From IMG/VR virus record IMGVR_UViG_3300049825_000444: DNA of 20,331 bases; one strand, given 5' to 3'. Both the position numbers and the translations under genes were made by a program. The notes beneath the pieces were generated by a model. It was not told the origin of the DNA. It was given only the letters and a program-made list of their open reading frames with translations, and did not search any database. Shown one piece after another: positions 1 to 7,168 of the stretch; positions within the stretch are counted from its first letter, which is position 1, and each line of letters starts with the position of its first letter. This DNA is from an uncultured virus (IMG/VR IMGVR_UViG_3300049825_000444). Taxonomy: Duplodnaviria > Heunggongvirae > Uroviricota > Caudoviricetes.

Positions 1-43
1 AAATTAAAAAAGATCTAGGTTTATGAATTGGAGATAATTTAAT

Positions 44-229
44 ATGAAAGTAAAAATAAAAGACGGGGAAGTGGTTACTGTTTTATATATGGGTCCTGAA
101 CAAGTAGAAGTTCCAGGTGCGTTAGGTTCTACAAAATTAATCACTAAAACTGTTATGTATGCATACACAAAAAATGATACTAAACCAAAAAGATATTTAC
201 TAGAAGAGATAGAAGGAATTGAGAGGTAG
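44..229 (+). CDS. hypothetical protein (61 aa)
   Basis: ORF with GGAG RBS upstream; tightly packed with the next gene. Confidence 0.75.
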   Translation: MKVKIKDGEVVTVLYMGPEQVEVPGALGSTKLITKTVMYAYTKNDTKPKRYLLEEIEGIER

Positions 230-232
230 TAT

Positions 233-499
233 ATGTTGGGATCCGCATTAATGTTTATTTTAATATTTTTATTATCAATGTTACTTTTCCAAATTTTTAG
301 TAAGCCAAATTTTAAACCAGGAGACATTTTGATTTACAATTTTTCTATAAAAGAATTTCAAACATCATACCCAGATTTTAAAGTAATTTCTGTAGGTAAG
401 AATAATTATTTATTAGAAAGATTGGGTAGTTACAATAACGAAAACTTTGAACAAAGTATTGGTATTACTGATGATCTTTGTACTTTATGGAAAAGGTAA
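233..499 (+). CDS. hypothetical protein with N-terminal hydrophobic anchor
   Basis: GAGG RBS; hydrophobic N-terminus followed by FKPGDIL. Confidence 0.75.
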   Translation: MLGSALMFILIFLLSMLLFQIFSKPNFKPGDILIYNFSIKEFQTSYPDFKVISVGKNNYLLERLGSYNNENFEQSIGITDDLCTLWKR

Positions 500-726
500 T
501 TAGTTATTTAAAAAAACAAACAACTTTATTATACTTAGTATATTTTTTTCATCAAGGTGATAGACATATAGATGCCAAAGTTGGAACTATAGGTAGAGAA
601 ATTAAGTTAAAATTTAAAGATTGGGATGAAGCTTTTAAGACAACAGTATTAGTTATAAATAGATTAAAAGATTACGAAAAAAGACAAATTAAAAAAATTG
701 AAAAAGAATGTAAAGGAATAAAATGA
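487..726 (+). CDS. hypothetical protein
   Basis: ORF 478..726, ATG at 487 preferred; ATGA overlap with the next gene. Confidence 0.7.
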   Translation: MEKVISYLKKQTTLLYLVYFFHQGDRHIDAKVGTIGREIKLKFKDWDEAFKTTVLVINRLKDYEKRQIKKIEKECKGIK

Positions 727-935
727 CTACAGTAAATGAAGAAGAAATCAAAGAAACCTTGGCTATTATTAAAGCTTTAGATGACTATGCAACAACTAGT
801 ATGCCAGAAGAACTACTGGCTAATAGAACAAATACAAAGCCAGCGTTTATGCTTAGAGCTTTAATTAAAGTAATGGTGTCTAGAAATCTTTTATCAGAAA
901 AAGATGTTAATAGTGTATTAGGACAAAATGGATAA
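723..935 (+). CDS. hypothetical protein
   Basis: AAGGA RBS; translationally coupled. Confidence 0.75.
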   Translation: MTTVNEEEIKETLAIIKALDDYATTSMPEELLANRTNTKPAFMLRALIKVMVSRNLLSEKDVNSVLGQNG

Positions 936-1308
936 AGAAAAAGTTGAAGCATTATGCTCTAAAGTTGCTAGAGAAATTTTTTTATACTTAAGAAAGTTTA
1001 GAGTGCCAGTAAGGGACTGTAAAGAAAAATATGGAACTGTAAGAGTTTACACAGGATTGGGCTGGACATCAATACATTCTATATTTTATCCAGGATATGT
1101 GTATAGTCAGTTTCCACAATGGCTATGGACTTTTGATGTTTACTATGGTGACAAACTATTATATTATTCAGGATTATCATGGTTATCTTATAAAGTACAT
1201 GCATGGGCTTATAGAAAAGCTTATAAAAATGCTATTGACAAGTATCCTGAAATAAGAGATAATATTTTAAATTCAGCTGATTATAAAGAATTATTAAAGG
1301 AGTTATGA
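928..1308 (+). CDS. hypothetical phage protein
   Basis: AGGA RBS; 126 aa; KEKYG-x-x-R-x-Y motif seen in phage hypotheticals. Confidence 0.8.
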   Translation: MDKEKVEALCSKVAREIFLYLRKFRVPVRDCKEKYGTVRVYTGLGWTSIHSIFYPGYVYSQFPQWLWTFDVYYGDKLLYYSGLSWLSYKVHAWAYRKAYKNAIDKYPEIRDNILNSADYKELLKEL

Positions 1309-1449
1309 TGATTAACATTCCAACTGCTAAAGAAACTTGTGAAAATTTTAAAAAATTTAACAATTTCTGCTTGTTGTGGAGAAGAAAATGTTAAAACTTA
1401 ATATTAATATTCATAATATTATTCAGTCCCCCGACCGGAGGTCGATTAA

Positions 1450-1725
1450 ATGACTAACACTAAAATAAATAAAACTTGGTCCGATATCAGAAAAAAATTT
1501 GATTTTCTTGCTAAAGAAGAGTTAAAGTCTAACTCTAAACTTAAACTTTTATTAAAAGATTGTAAATCTCATTTTTCCCAAAAAAATCCTTGGGCGTTAG
1601 ATCTTGAAATTGTAAAGTCTTATAGTTGCATATCAAATCCTTATATATTTAATTCTGTTTTAGAACTTAAAGGATATAAAATCTTTTACAATAAAAAAAC
1701 TCGTAGTGTGGTTTTTAAGAAATGA
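1450..1725 (+). CDS. hypothetical protein
   Basis: GGAGG RBS at 1437-1441; 91 aa. Confidence 0.7.
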   Translation: MTNTKINKTWSDIRKKFDFLAKEELKSNSKLKLLLKDCKSHFSQKNPWALDLEIVKSYSCISNPYIFNSVLELKGYKIFYNKKTRSVVFKK

Positions 1726-1883
1726 AAATATATTATTGCATATACTCAAGTACTTTATTTCTAGTAGAAAATGTTAACAATTGAGCTTATCAATATAGAC
1801 TCTGTGACGATACTATTAGTTTTTATATTAAAGGTGAGTGGTTTAAAGATAAACAAAATTATATTTACATTGGGAATTTATGA
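1722..1883 (+). pseudogene. small ORF interrupted by one in-frame TGA (1782-1784)
   Basis: Translates MKIYYCIYSSTLFLVENVNN*AYQYRLCDDTISFYIKGEWFKDKQNYIYIGNL*; ATGA overlaps with both neighbours. Confidence 0.5.
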
Positions 1884-2161
1884 AACATGTAATCTGCAAC
1901 TCCTGTGGCTGGGTTCATTTTGAAGTATCAGTTGAGTATGTCTTAGACTGGCAGGATGCTTGGATTGATCATTGGTTAAAGCTAAATGAGCGAGATAGAG
2001 ACAACTATGGGACAAAGGATAGACCACCTTCTTATAAACAAGAATACTTATGTTGTAATCGTTGTGCTGGCTCATATACAAACTTTAGAGACGCCACAGC
2101 AGAGGAAGTTCCTTATGGGAGTACTATAGGTGGTATTATGACCAGAGAGGCTAAGTTTTGA
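1880..2161 (+). CDS. putative zinc-binding protein
   Basis: Two CxxC motifs (CNSC, CNRC). Confidence 0.75.
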   Translation: MKHVICNSCGWVHFEVSVEYVLDWQDAWIDHWLKLNERDRDNYGTKDRPPSYKQEYLCCNRCAGSYTNFRDATAEEVPYGSTIGGIMTREAKF

Positions 2162-2222
2162 AAAAGAAACCTTGCGGAAACTGCCCTTGTAACAAATGTA
2201 AGAATTGTCCTGTCATTCAAAA

Positions 2223-2642
2223 ATGAAATATAAAAAATTTTCTCAAGAGCTATTTGACCAATACGACACTAAGGCTAGAGAAGTCGTAAAGACATACTTT
2301 AGTAAAACCGATTGGAAGGTAGTGGATAATCCTGATAAATATGGACCAGACCTTATAGCAACAAAAGACACATACTTCATAGAAGTTGAAATAAAGAATG
2401 CTTGGCAAAATACTACTTTCCCATTTACTTCTATCCAGCTTCCACAAAGAAAACAGAAATTCACTAAGCTTCAATATGAAACAACATTCTTAGTCTTAAG
2501 TAAAGACCTAACTCAGTTTATAGGAGTTTGGGGTAAAGAACTAACAGAAGATAGGTTAGTGGAAGTTAAGAACAAATTCATACCTAATGGTGAATACTTC
2601 TTTCAAGTACCACTAGCTAATACTAAACTTATTAAAATTTAG
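2223..2642 (+). CDS. PD-(D/E)XK superfamily nuclease-like protein
   Basis: GPDL...FIEVEIK catalytic-type motif; ATG at 2223 preferred. Confidence 0.65.
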   Translation: MKYKKFSQELFDQYDTKAREVVKTYFSKTDWKVVDNPDKYGPDLIATKDTYFIEVEIKNAWQNTTFPFTSIQLPQRKQKFTKLQYETTFLVLSKDLTQFIGVWGKELTEDRLVEVKNKFIPNGEYFFQVPLANTKLIKI

Positions 2643-2713
2643 GTCCGACGGTTGGGATAGACCAACATCTTCCTGGTAACAAACCAGGGCTTTAGGTTTA
2701 AGCTACGTAGACC
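2641..2713 (-). tRNA. atypical tRNA or tRNA-like element; anticodon ambiguous (UGU/Thr if the loop is 7 nt)
   Basis: Minus-strand 73-mer folds as a cloverleaf: acceptor GGTCTACG/CGT(C)GGACC, D arm GCTT/AAGC, anticodon arm CCTGG-TTTGTTA-CCAGG, T arm GTTGG-TCTATC-CCAAC; lacks the canonical TTCGA and D-loop GG. Confidence 0.55.
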
Positions 2714-2942
2714 CTTTAATTAAATTCAAAACTTCATCAGCAACAAAGGTATCCCCATCCTCTAAGTAAACTGAGATCCCCCGATACTTTTCTAAAGCCT
2801 TTACTACTAACTCTAAATTCTTAGCTCCAGCTAGAAACCCATAGTACAATCCTGGGTTCATTACACCCCGAGGACATTCCTCTTTTTGCTTATCAATAGT
2901 ATTAGCAAAACTTATAGCAGCTTCTTTAGTTTTATTATCCAT
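2703..2942 (-). CDS. hypothetical protein
   Basis: 79 aa ORF downstream of the minus-strand promoter. Confidence 0.65.
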   Translation of the reverse strand: MDNKTKEAAISFANTIDKQKEECPRGVMNPGLYYGFLAGAKNLELVVKALEKYRGISVYLEDGDTFVADEVLNLIKGST

Positions 2943-3035
2943 ATTTTAAACTTTCTTAAAGTCGATTAAAGTATATAAATACCTAAAAATTTTATTCCAA
3001 CTACTGAGGGTAGCCACTACCACATACCCCAAACA

Positions 3036-3242
3036 TTAATCATTCAAAATAATACCCAATTCATTACATACACTCGAATATGTTTGATTTGAGACTTTAA
3101 ACAATACTTCATCACTATCAGTGAAAGCAGCGTCTTCAGGATAATACTTTAGTAAGTTATTAATCCTGCGAGCAAGTCTAGCATTAGTAACTACTAGCCT
3201 ATAATCCTCTAACTCGTATTTGTCAGTTTTCTTATGTAGCAT
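3036..3242 (-). CDS. hypothetical protein
   Basis: GGAGG RBS (3247-3251, minus) just before ATG at 3242; directly downstream of the promoter. Confidence 0.75.
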   Translation of the reverse strand: MLHKKTDKYELEDYRLVVTNARLARRINNLLKYYPEDAAFTDSDEVLFKVSNQTYSSVCNELGIILND

Positions 3243-3259
3243 TATTCCTCCAGGATTAT

Positions 3260-3288
3260 ATAATACCACAACCCCCGAGTTATGTCAA
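3260..3288 (-). promoter_or_regulatory. sigma70-type promoter
   Basis: Minus strand TTGACA-N17-TATTAT. Confidence 0.75.
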
Positions 3289-3403
3289 TAGTCGATTAGC
3301 TTTTAAAGTAGTCATTTTTTTGTTCTGACATATATGACCCCTTCTCATCATCTCAAACCCCCTTACCCCGTATACCCTACTTCAAAAACCATGCCAACAT
3401 ATC

Positions 3404-3476
3404 CTGGTCCTATATTTGCATAGACTTTACTCTGGCATGATACTTGCTTATACCTTTACATGGTATCTAGTTTGCA
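3404..3476 (+). promoter_or_regulatory. three tandem sigma54 (-24/-12)-like sites with 28-bp period
   Basis: TGGTCCTATATTTGCA (3405), TGGCATGATACTTGCT (3433), TGGTATCTAGTTTGCA (3461); all GG-N10-GC with TTGC. Confidence 0.6.
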
Positions 3477-3506
3477 TTATACAATTCCTATTCCATCCTA
3501 CATGAG

Positions 3507-3552
3507 ACCCTAGTATCAGAGTACCTTATTACAGAGGCTCTAGTACTAGGGT
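3507..3552. repeat. imperfect inverted repeat or hairpin
   Basis: ACCCTAGTA-tc-AGAG ... CTCT-ag-TACTAGGGT. Confidence 0.6.
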
Positions 3553-3865
3553 ATGCTTAGGTATAGGGTGGTAGGTTTTGATTCAAGGAATGTACTCAAA
3601 GTTGGGATAGGAATGAATGTATTCCATTACACACCTACTTCATACTACTCATATAAGCTTAATCTACTAACCTCATCCTTATATTGTCATAATTTCAGGA
3701 TTATAGACTTGTATACCTATTAATCATTGTACATTACTTATTCACTAGATATAAGCTATCGATGTTAATAGACTATTGATAGTTAATATCATACTAAGGC
3801 TATAATCTTTATACGTTTTATAATAAGAATACCTTTCAGGATATAGATATATTCGTTTTAAGCTA

Positions 3866-3881
3866 TGGTATGCAACTTGCT
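3866..3881 (+). promoter_or_regulatory. sigma54-like promoter
   Basis: TGGTATGCAACTTGCT (GG-N10-GC) about 30 bp upstream of AGGAG RBS and ATG 3912. Confidence 0.65.
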
Positions 3882-3911
3882 ATAGTATATAATTCAACGA
3901 GGAGTTTTAAA

Positions 3912-4052
3912 ATGAAAGATATATTACTAGGCTTAAGAGATGCTTTACTTATTACAATTGTAATTCAGATTATGGCATTTACATTTATTAAAACATTTAA
4001 AGAACTAGGTACTGTCCGTTCAAATGTTCAAAAGATTGTTTCAGGTAGATAA
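3912..4052 (+). CDS. small membrane protein
   Basis: AGGAG RBS, ATG 3912; one hydrophobic segment. Confidence 0.6.
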   Translation: MKDILLGLRDALLITIVIQIMAFTFIKTFKELGTVRSNVQKIVSGR

Positions 4053-4145
4053 GTATATGTTATACTTAGTATTGATACTTCTTATGCTTTATTTCTTAAG
4101 TCCTTGGTCTTTACTACTATTAATTTTACTATAGGAGTTATACAT

Positions 4146-4400
4146 ATGAAACAACTTAATACAACATTAATGAATCAGCCTCTAGCTTATCAATGTTCTT
4201 TCAGGATAAATGAGCTATGTTCTTATTATGGAAAGCTTAATGCTTATAAGACAATGCTTTCACCCCGTCGCATTATGGAACTGTCCGACTTATCTGAACT
4301 AGAAAGACATGTCTCAAATTTATACATTACAGTGGGTCATGATTGCTATTTTGATGTATTTAATATAATTTTTAATAAAGAATTAAAGAAAGTAGGCTAG
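4146..4400 (+). CDS. hypothetical protein
   Basis: AGGAG RBS before ATG 4146. Confidence 0.7.
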   Translation: MKQLNTTLMNQPLAYQCSFRINELCSYYGKLNAYKTMLSPRRIMELSDLSELERHVSNLYITVGHDCYFDVFNIIFNKELKKVG

Positions 4401-4404
4401 TTAT

Positions 4405-4695
4405 ATGAAACAAACAATAGATATTAATATTTTTAAAGATACTTTCAGGAATTATGGTAGACAAGATCAGTTTAGTTCCCGAGGTCTCGAATTGTTATTC
4501 GACTATTTAGAAGAACTAGAAAATGATACTGGTGACGAGATGGAACTAGATGTTATAGGCTTATGTTGCGACTGGACTGAATCTTCATTAACTGAAGTTT
4601 TAAAAGAATATGACTTAGACTCACTAGAAGATTTACAAGATAGTACTCAAGTAATAGTTGTAGACGATGAAACAGTGATTTATAATGCATTTTAA
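4405..4695 (+). CDS. acidic phage early-type protein
   Basis: 96 aa, strongly D/E-rich C-terminal half; LFDYLEE...ELDVIGLCCD motif. Confidence 0.8.
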   Translation: MKQTIDINIFKDTFRNYGRQDQFSSRGLELLFDYLEELENDTGDEMELDVIGLCCDWTESSLTEVLKEYDLDSLEDLQDSTQVIVVDDETVIYNAF

Positions 4696-4729
4696 TACTT
4701 TACATGATTTTATTTTATATAGAAATAAG

Positions 4730-4861
4730 ATGCTTATTAGAGCTAAGGCTAGAACTTTGAAATTTAAAGATAACAAAAAGAATTACTATTGGTACAGACT
4801 AGATTATATAAATTCATTATATCCTGAATATTCAAAGTTAGGTGTTATTACTTTAAAATGA
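4730..4861 (+). CDS. possible small protein (43 aa)
   Basis: MLIRAKARTLKFKD...GVITLK*; no clear RBS. Confidence 0.35.
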   Translation: MLIRAKARTLKFKDNKKNYYWYRLDYINSLYPEYSKLGVITLK

Positions 4862-5305
4862 TACACCTTCCCTTGAATGCTTAGGGAAGTTGCTTTCATG
4901 TTATATACTCGACGCTTCGCTTTCACTTGCGTTCGCTTCGCTATATAACATACTTAAATAAATGAATTAAGTTTGTGTATCAAAAAGGCGCAACTATCCC
5001 ATTCTTGAGGGTTAGAGCTTAGACTGTTTTCAATCTTAAGATTTGGGTATTCCCGAGTCTAGTTTTTTCTTATCTACTAGAGTCTATTTCTAAGCTTTGA
5101 TTATATGATACTCATAAACATACAATCTTATCCTGTTAGGTCCTATCATCTCTGTACGCCTCTAGGTCTCTTGAACCCTGAACCAGAGGTCACTTGGTTG
5201 TGTCTTGCCCGATTTGCCCTTGAGTTTTCATCCCCAAAGCTTCAATGAATTCTTATCGGATTCTTTTACGTTAGACGATAGGTTCGCCGTTCTATTATTA
5301 ACTTG
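4855..5305 (-). ncRNA. candidate large structured non-coding RNA (~450 nt)
   Basis: No ORF of 60 aa or more; perfect promoter at 5312-5340 pointing into it; nested perfect helices 4859-4866/4975-4982, 4867-4873/4883-4889, 4898-4907/4942-4951, 4952-4957/4967-4972, 5016-5022/5090-5096, 5058-5063/5076-5081; T4 run after the last stem. Confidence 0.6.
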
Positions 5306-5311
5306 TTTATT

Positions 5312-5340
5312 ATTATATGTCAAAATAGTGTACTTGTCAA
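5312..5340 (-). promoter_or_regulatory. consensus sigma70 promoter
   Basis: Minus strand TTGACA-N17-TATAAT, perfect consensus. Confidence 0.8.
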
Positions 5341-5465
5341 TAATATTTTCAAAAGCTACTTATCCCGTTGAATTCATTGATTAATACTTATTTATCCTGA
5401 AAGTAATGTATATAAAATGTACATATCATTATGATACAGTGTTAATGATTTCAAGTAATTAGAGT

Positions 5466-5481
5466 TGGTATGTAGTTTGCT
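5466..5481 (+). promoter_or_regulatory. sigma54-like promoter
   Basis: TGGTATGTAGTTTGCT (GG-N10-GC); shares TTGCTATAGTAT with the 3866 site; upstream of the long + strand gene run. Confidence 0.65.
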
Positions 5482-5501
5482 ATAGTATGTAGTCAAGTGA
5501 G

Positions 5502-6179
5502 GTGATGATTATGAAGATGACTAATAGAGAATTCAAAAAAAACTTAGATTCAATTACAGAAAATGATATAATTCAAATGAGAAACGTAAAGGTCAATCAT
5601 CCTATTAAATTGGAAGACTTAAATATGTCTTTAAAACTAGGAAATGAATATGAGTTAGTTATCAGGGAATTTCTTGAGGCTTTGGGTTTTCAGGATGAAA
5701 GAATAGAGTCTTGTGAATGTAGACGCCGAGACGGGTTTATCCCATATTCTCATAACAAAGGTGGACTAAGTGGATATTCTTATCAATCTCAATCCATACA
5801 TGAATCAACTGGTTTTAATAAAGTTGACGAGGTGATTGAAAAAGGTAGAAAATATAATGAAGAATACTTTAGGTCTGATAACAATATTGATAAAGATGCT
5901 GAACTAACTGAATATCAATTAGAGCTTTTATATGAGTATGAACAAAATTCAGACGATACAATTCAATTTCAAGCTAGAGTTTTGATGACAAGTGAAACAA
6001 CCGCTAATGTTGATTTTTATATTTCAGCAAGTGATTCGCCTTATCACCGATCTAGTGACGAAAAACTAGAACTTAGTATTAAATTCAAGACATCGAAAGG
6101 TATGAAACGAAAATTAAATGCTATTTTAAAAAAAGATTTTGTTCAAAATTTTAAAGCTAATGTTCAAGAGGGGTTTTAA
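5502..6179 (+). CDS. hypothetical protein (225 aa)
   Basis: Long ORF; GAGGTG RBS suggests the start may be ATG 5511. Confidence 0.8.
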   Translation: MMIMKMTNREFKKNLDSITENDIIQMRNVKVNHPIKLEDLNMSLKLGNEYELVIREFLEALGFQDERIESCECRRRDGFIPYSHNKGGLSGYSYQSQSIHESTGFNKVDEVIEKGRKYNEEYFRSDNNIDKDAELTEYQLELLYEYEQNSDDTIQFQARVLMTSETTANVDFYISASDSPYHRSSDEKLELSIKFKTSKGMKRKLNAILKKDFVQNFKANVQEGF

Positions 6180-6181
6180 TT

Positions 6182-6418
6182 ATGAAACACATTAATTTAT
6201 CAAGACCATTAAAAAATGGATTAGCTAAACATATGATAACACAAGAATCAAATAATTACGGTGATCAAATATTGTCTTTTAAATCTTTTTATAAAGACGG
6301 TGTAATATCTGGTTATAAAATTGTTAGCATCACTAGTCGATCAGAAGGTGAATGGATGGATTTTAAACAAATGAAGGCTTATTATAATGAATTAAAAAAA
6401 AGAGGAGTTTTAAGTTGA
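6182..6418 (+). CDS. hypothetical protein
   Basis: GAGG RBS; coupled ORF. Confidence 0.7.
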   Translation: MKHINLSRPLKNGLAKHMITQESNNYGDQILSFKSFYKDGVISGYKIVSITSRSEGEWMDFKQMKAYYNELKKRGVLS

Positions 6419-6639
6419 AAAAGTTTGAAACAAAAACCGGACTATTAACTGATTATGCTTTAAGTTGTGGATACATACAAGTTTTTGAATACAACAACAA
6501 AAGAGTATGCTTATCAAAAGAGCACAACTGTTATCATGTAAAGAATACTAGCAACGAATTAAGGTACTGGAAGACTTTTGATACTCTTAAAGAAGCTAGA
6601 CAGGATTTTAATAAAATTAAAAAGGAACGTCCGCAATGA
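6415..6639 (+). CDS. hypothetical phage protein
   Basis: AGGAG RBS, TTG start; LTDYALSCGYIQ motif. Confidence 0.75.
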   Translation: MKKFETKTGLLTDYALSCGYIQVFEYNNKRVCLSKEHNCYHVKNTSNELRYWKTFDTLKEARQDFNKIKKERPQ

Positions 6640-6782
6640 AATTTAAGCTATACATAAAATTTAAAGATCGAAATTTTCAAACTATCAGTCAAGTTATTGA
6701 TTTTAATAACAAAAACGGTAGGGCTTTGTTTTTAGAGCGAATGAAAAAACAAAAAACAGTGTTGGAATTTAAATTAATATAA
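6636..6782 (+). CDS. small hypothetical protein (48 aa)
   Basis: ATGA overlap, AAGGA RBS, fills the gap exactly. Confidence 0.6.
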   Translation: MKFKLYIKFKDRNFQTISQVIDFNNKNGRALFLERMKKQKTVLEFKLI

Positions 6783-6792
6783 GGAATAACAT

Positions 6793-7131
6793 ATGATTAA
6801 AGTAAAAAATTATAAAAAAATGGGTAGGGGTCTGTATTCAACTAAATCAATCAAAAAAGGCACAACATTCATGACTTGTGAAACTATACTACTAAATAAA
6901 CAGGATTCTAAGCTTGTGGACAAGACACTGTTAGCTAGTTATGTATATGACGCTGGATCTGGACAATCCTGCTTAGCTCTAGGTCTAGGCTCATTGTATA
7001 ATCATTCAAGCTCTGAAAATGTAGAATTTAATATAGTAAAATTTTCCGGTCGAGTTATGATTAAATATAAGGCTTTAAGAGATATTAAAGCTGGTACGCA
7101 GTTATTTTTAAATTATGGTTATGAACCCTAA
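6793..7131 (+). CDS. SET-domain protein (putative lysine methyltransferase)
   Basis: GRGLYS, LYNHS and ALRDIKAG-x-QLFLNYG SET motifs; minimal 112 aa. Confidence 0.9.
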   Translation: MIKVKNYKKMGRGLYSTKSIKKGTTFMTCETILLNKQDSKLVDKTLLASYVYDAGSGQSCLALGLGSLYNHSSSENVEFNIVKFSGRVMIKYKALRDIKAGTQLFLNYGYEP

Positions 7132-7168
7132 CGCATGTATTTTCCTTAATCTATTGAAAGGATTAAAA

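Noticed and set aside
1782..1784. Genome-wide TGA recoding
   Set aside because: Many clear genes, including nrdJ, end in TGA with ATGA-coupled neighbours, and coding density is already high under code 11
4..2474. Minus-strand ORFs 4..327, 1878..2081, 2243..2464 and 2250..2474
   Set aside because: Antisense to well-supported, RBS-bearing, coupled + strand genes
3404..3490. 28-bp periodic element as a mini-CRISPR array
   Set aside because: Only short TGG and TTGC boxes are conserved; there is no identical repeat or spacer structure
4855..5305. Group I/II intron, tmRNA or retron msr-msd
   Set aside because: No interrupted host gene, no recognisable catalytic core or tRNA-like ends, and no reverse transcriptase in the window
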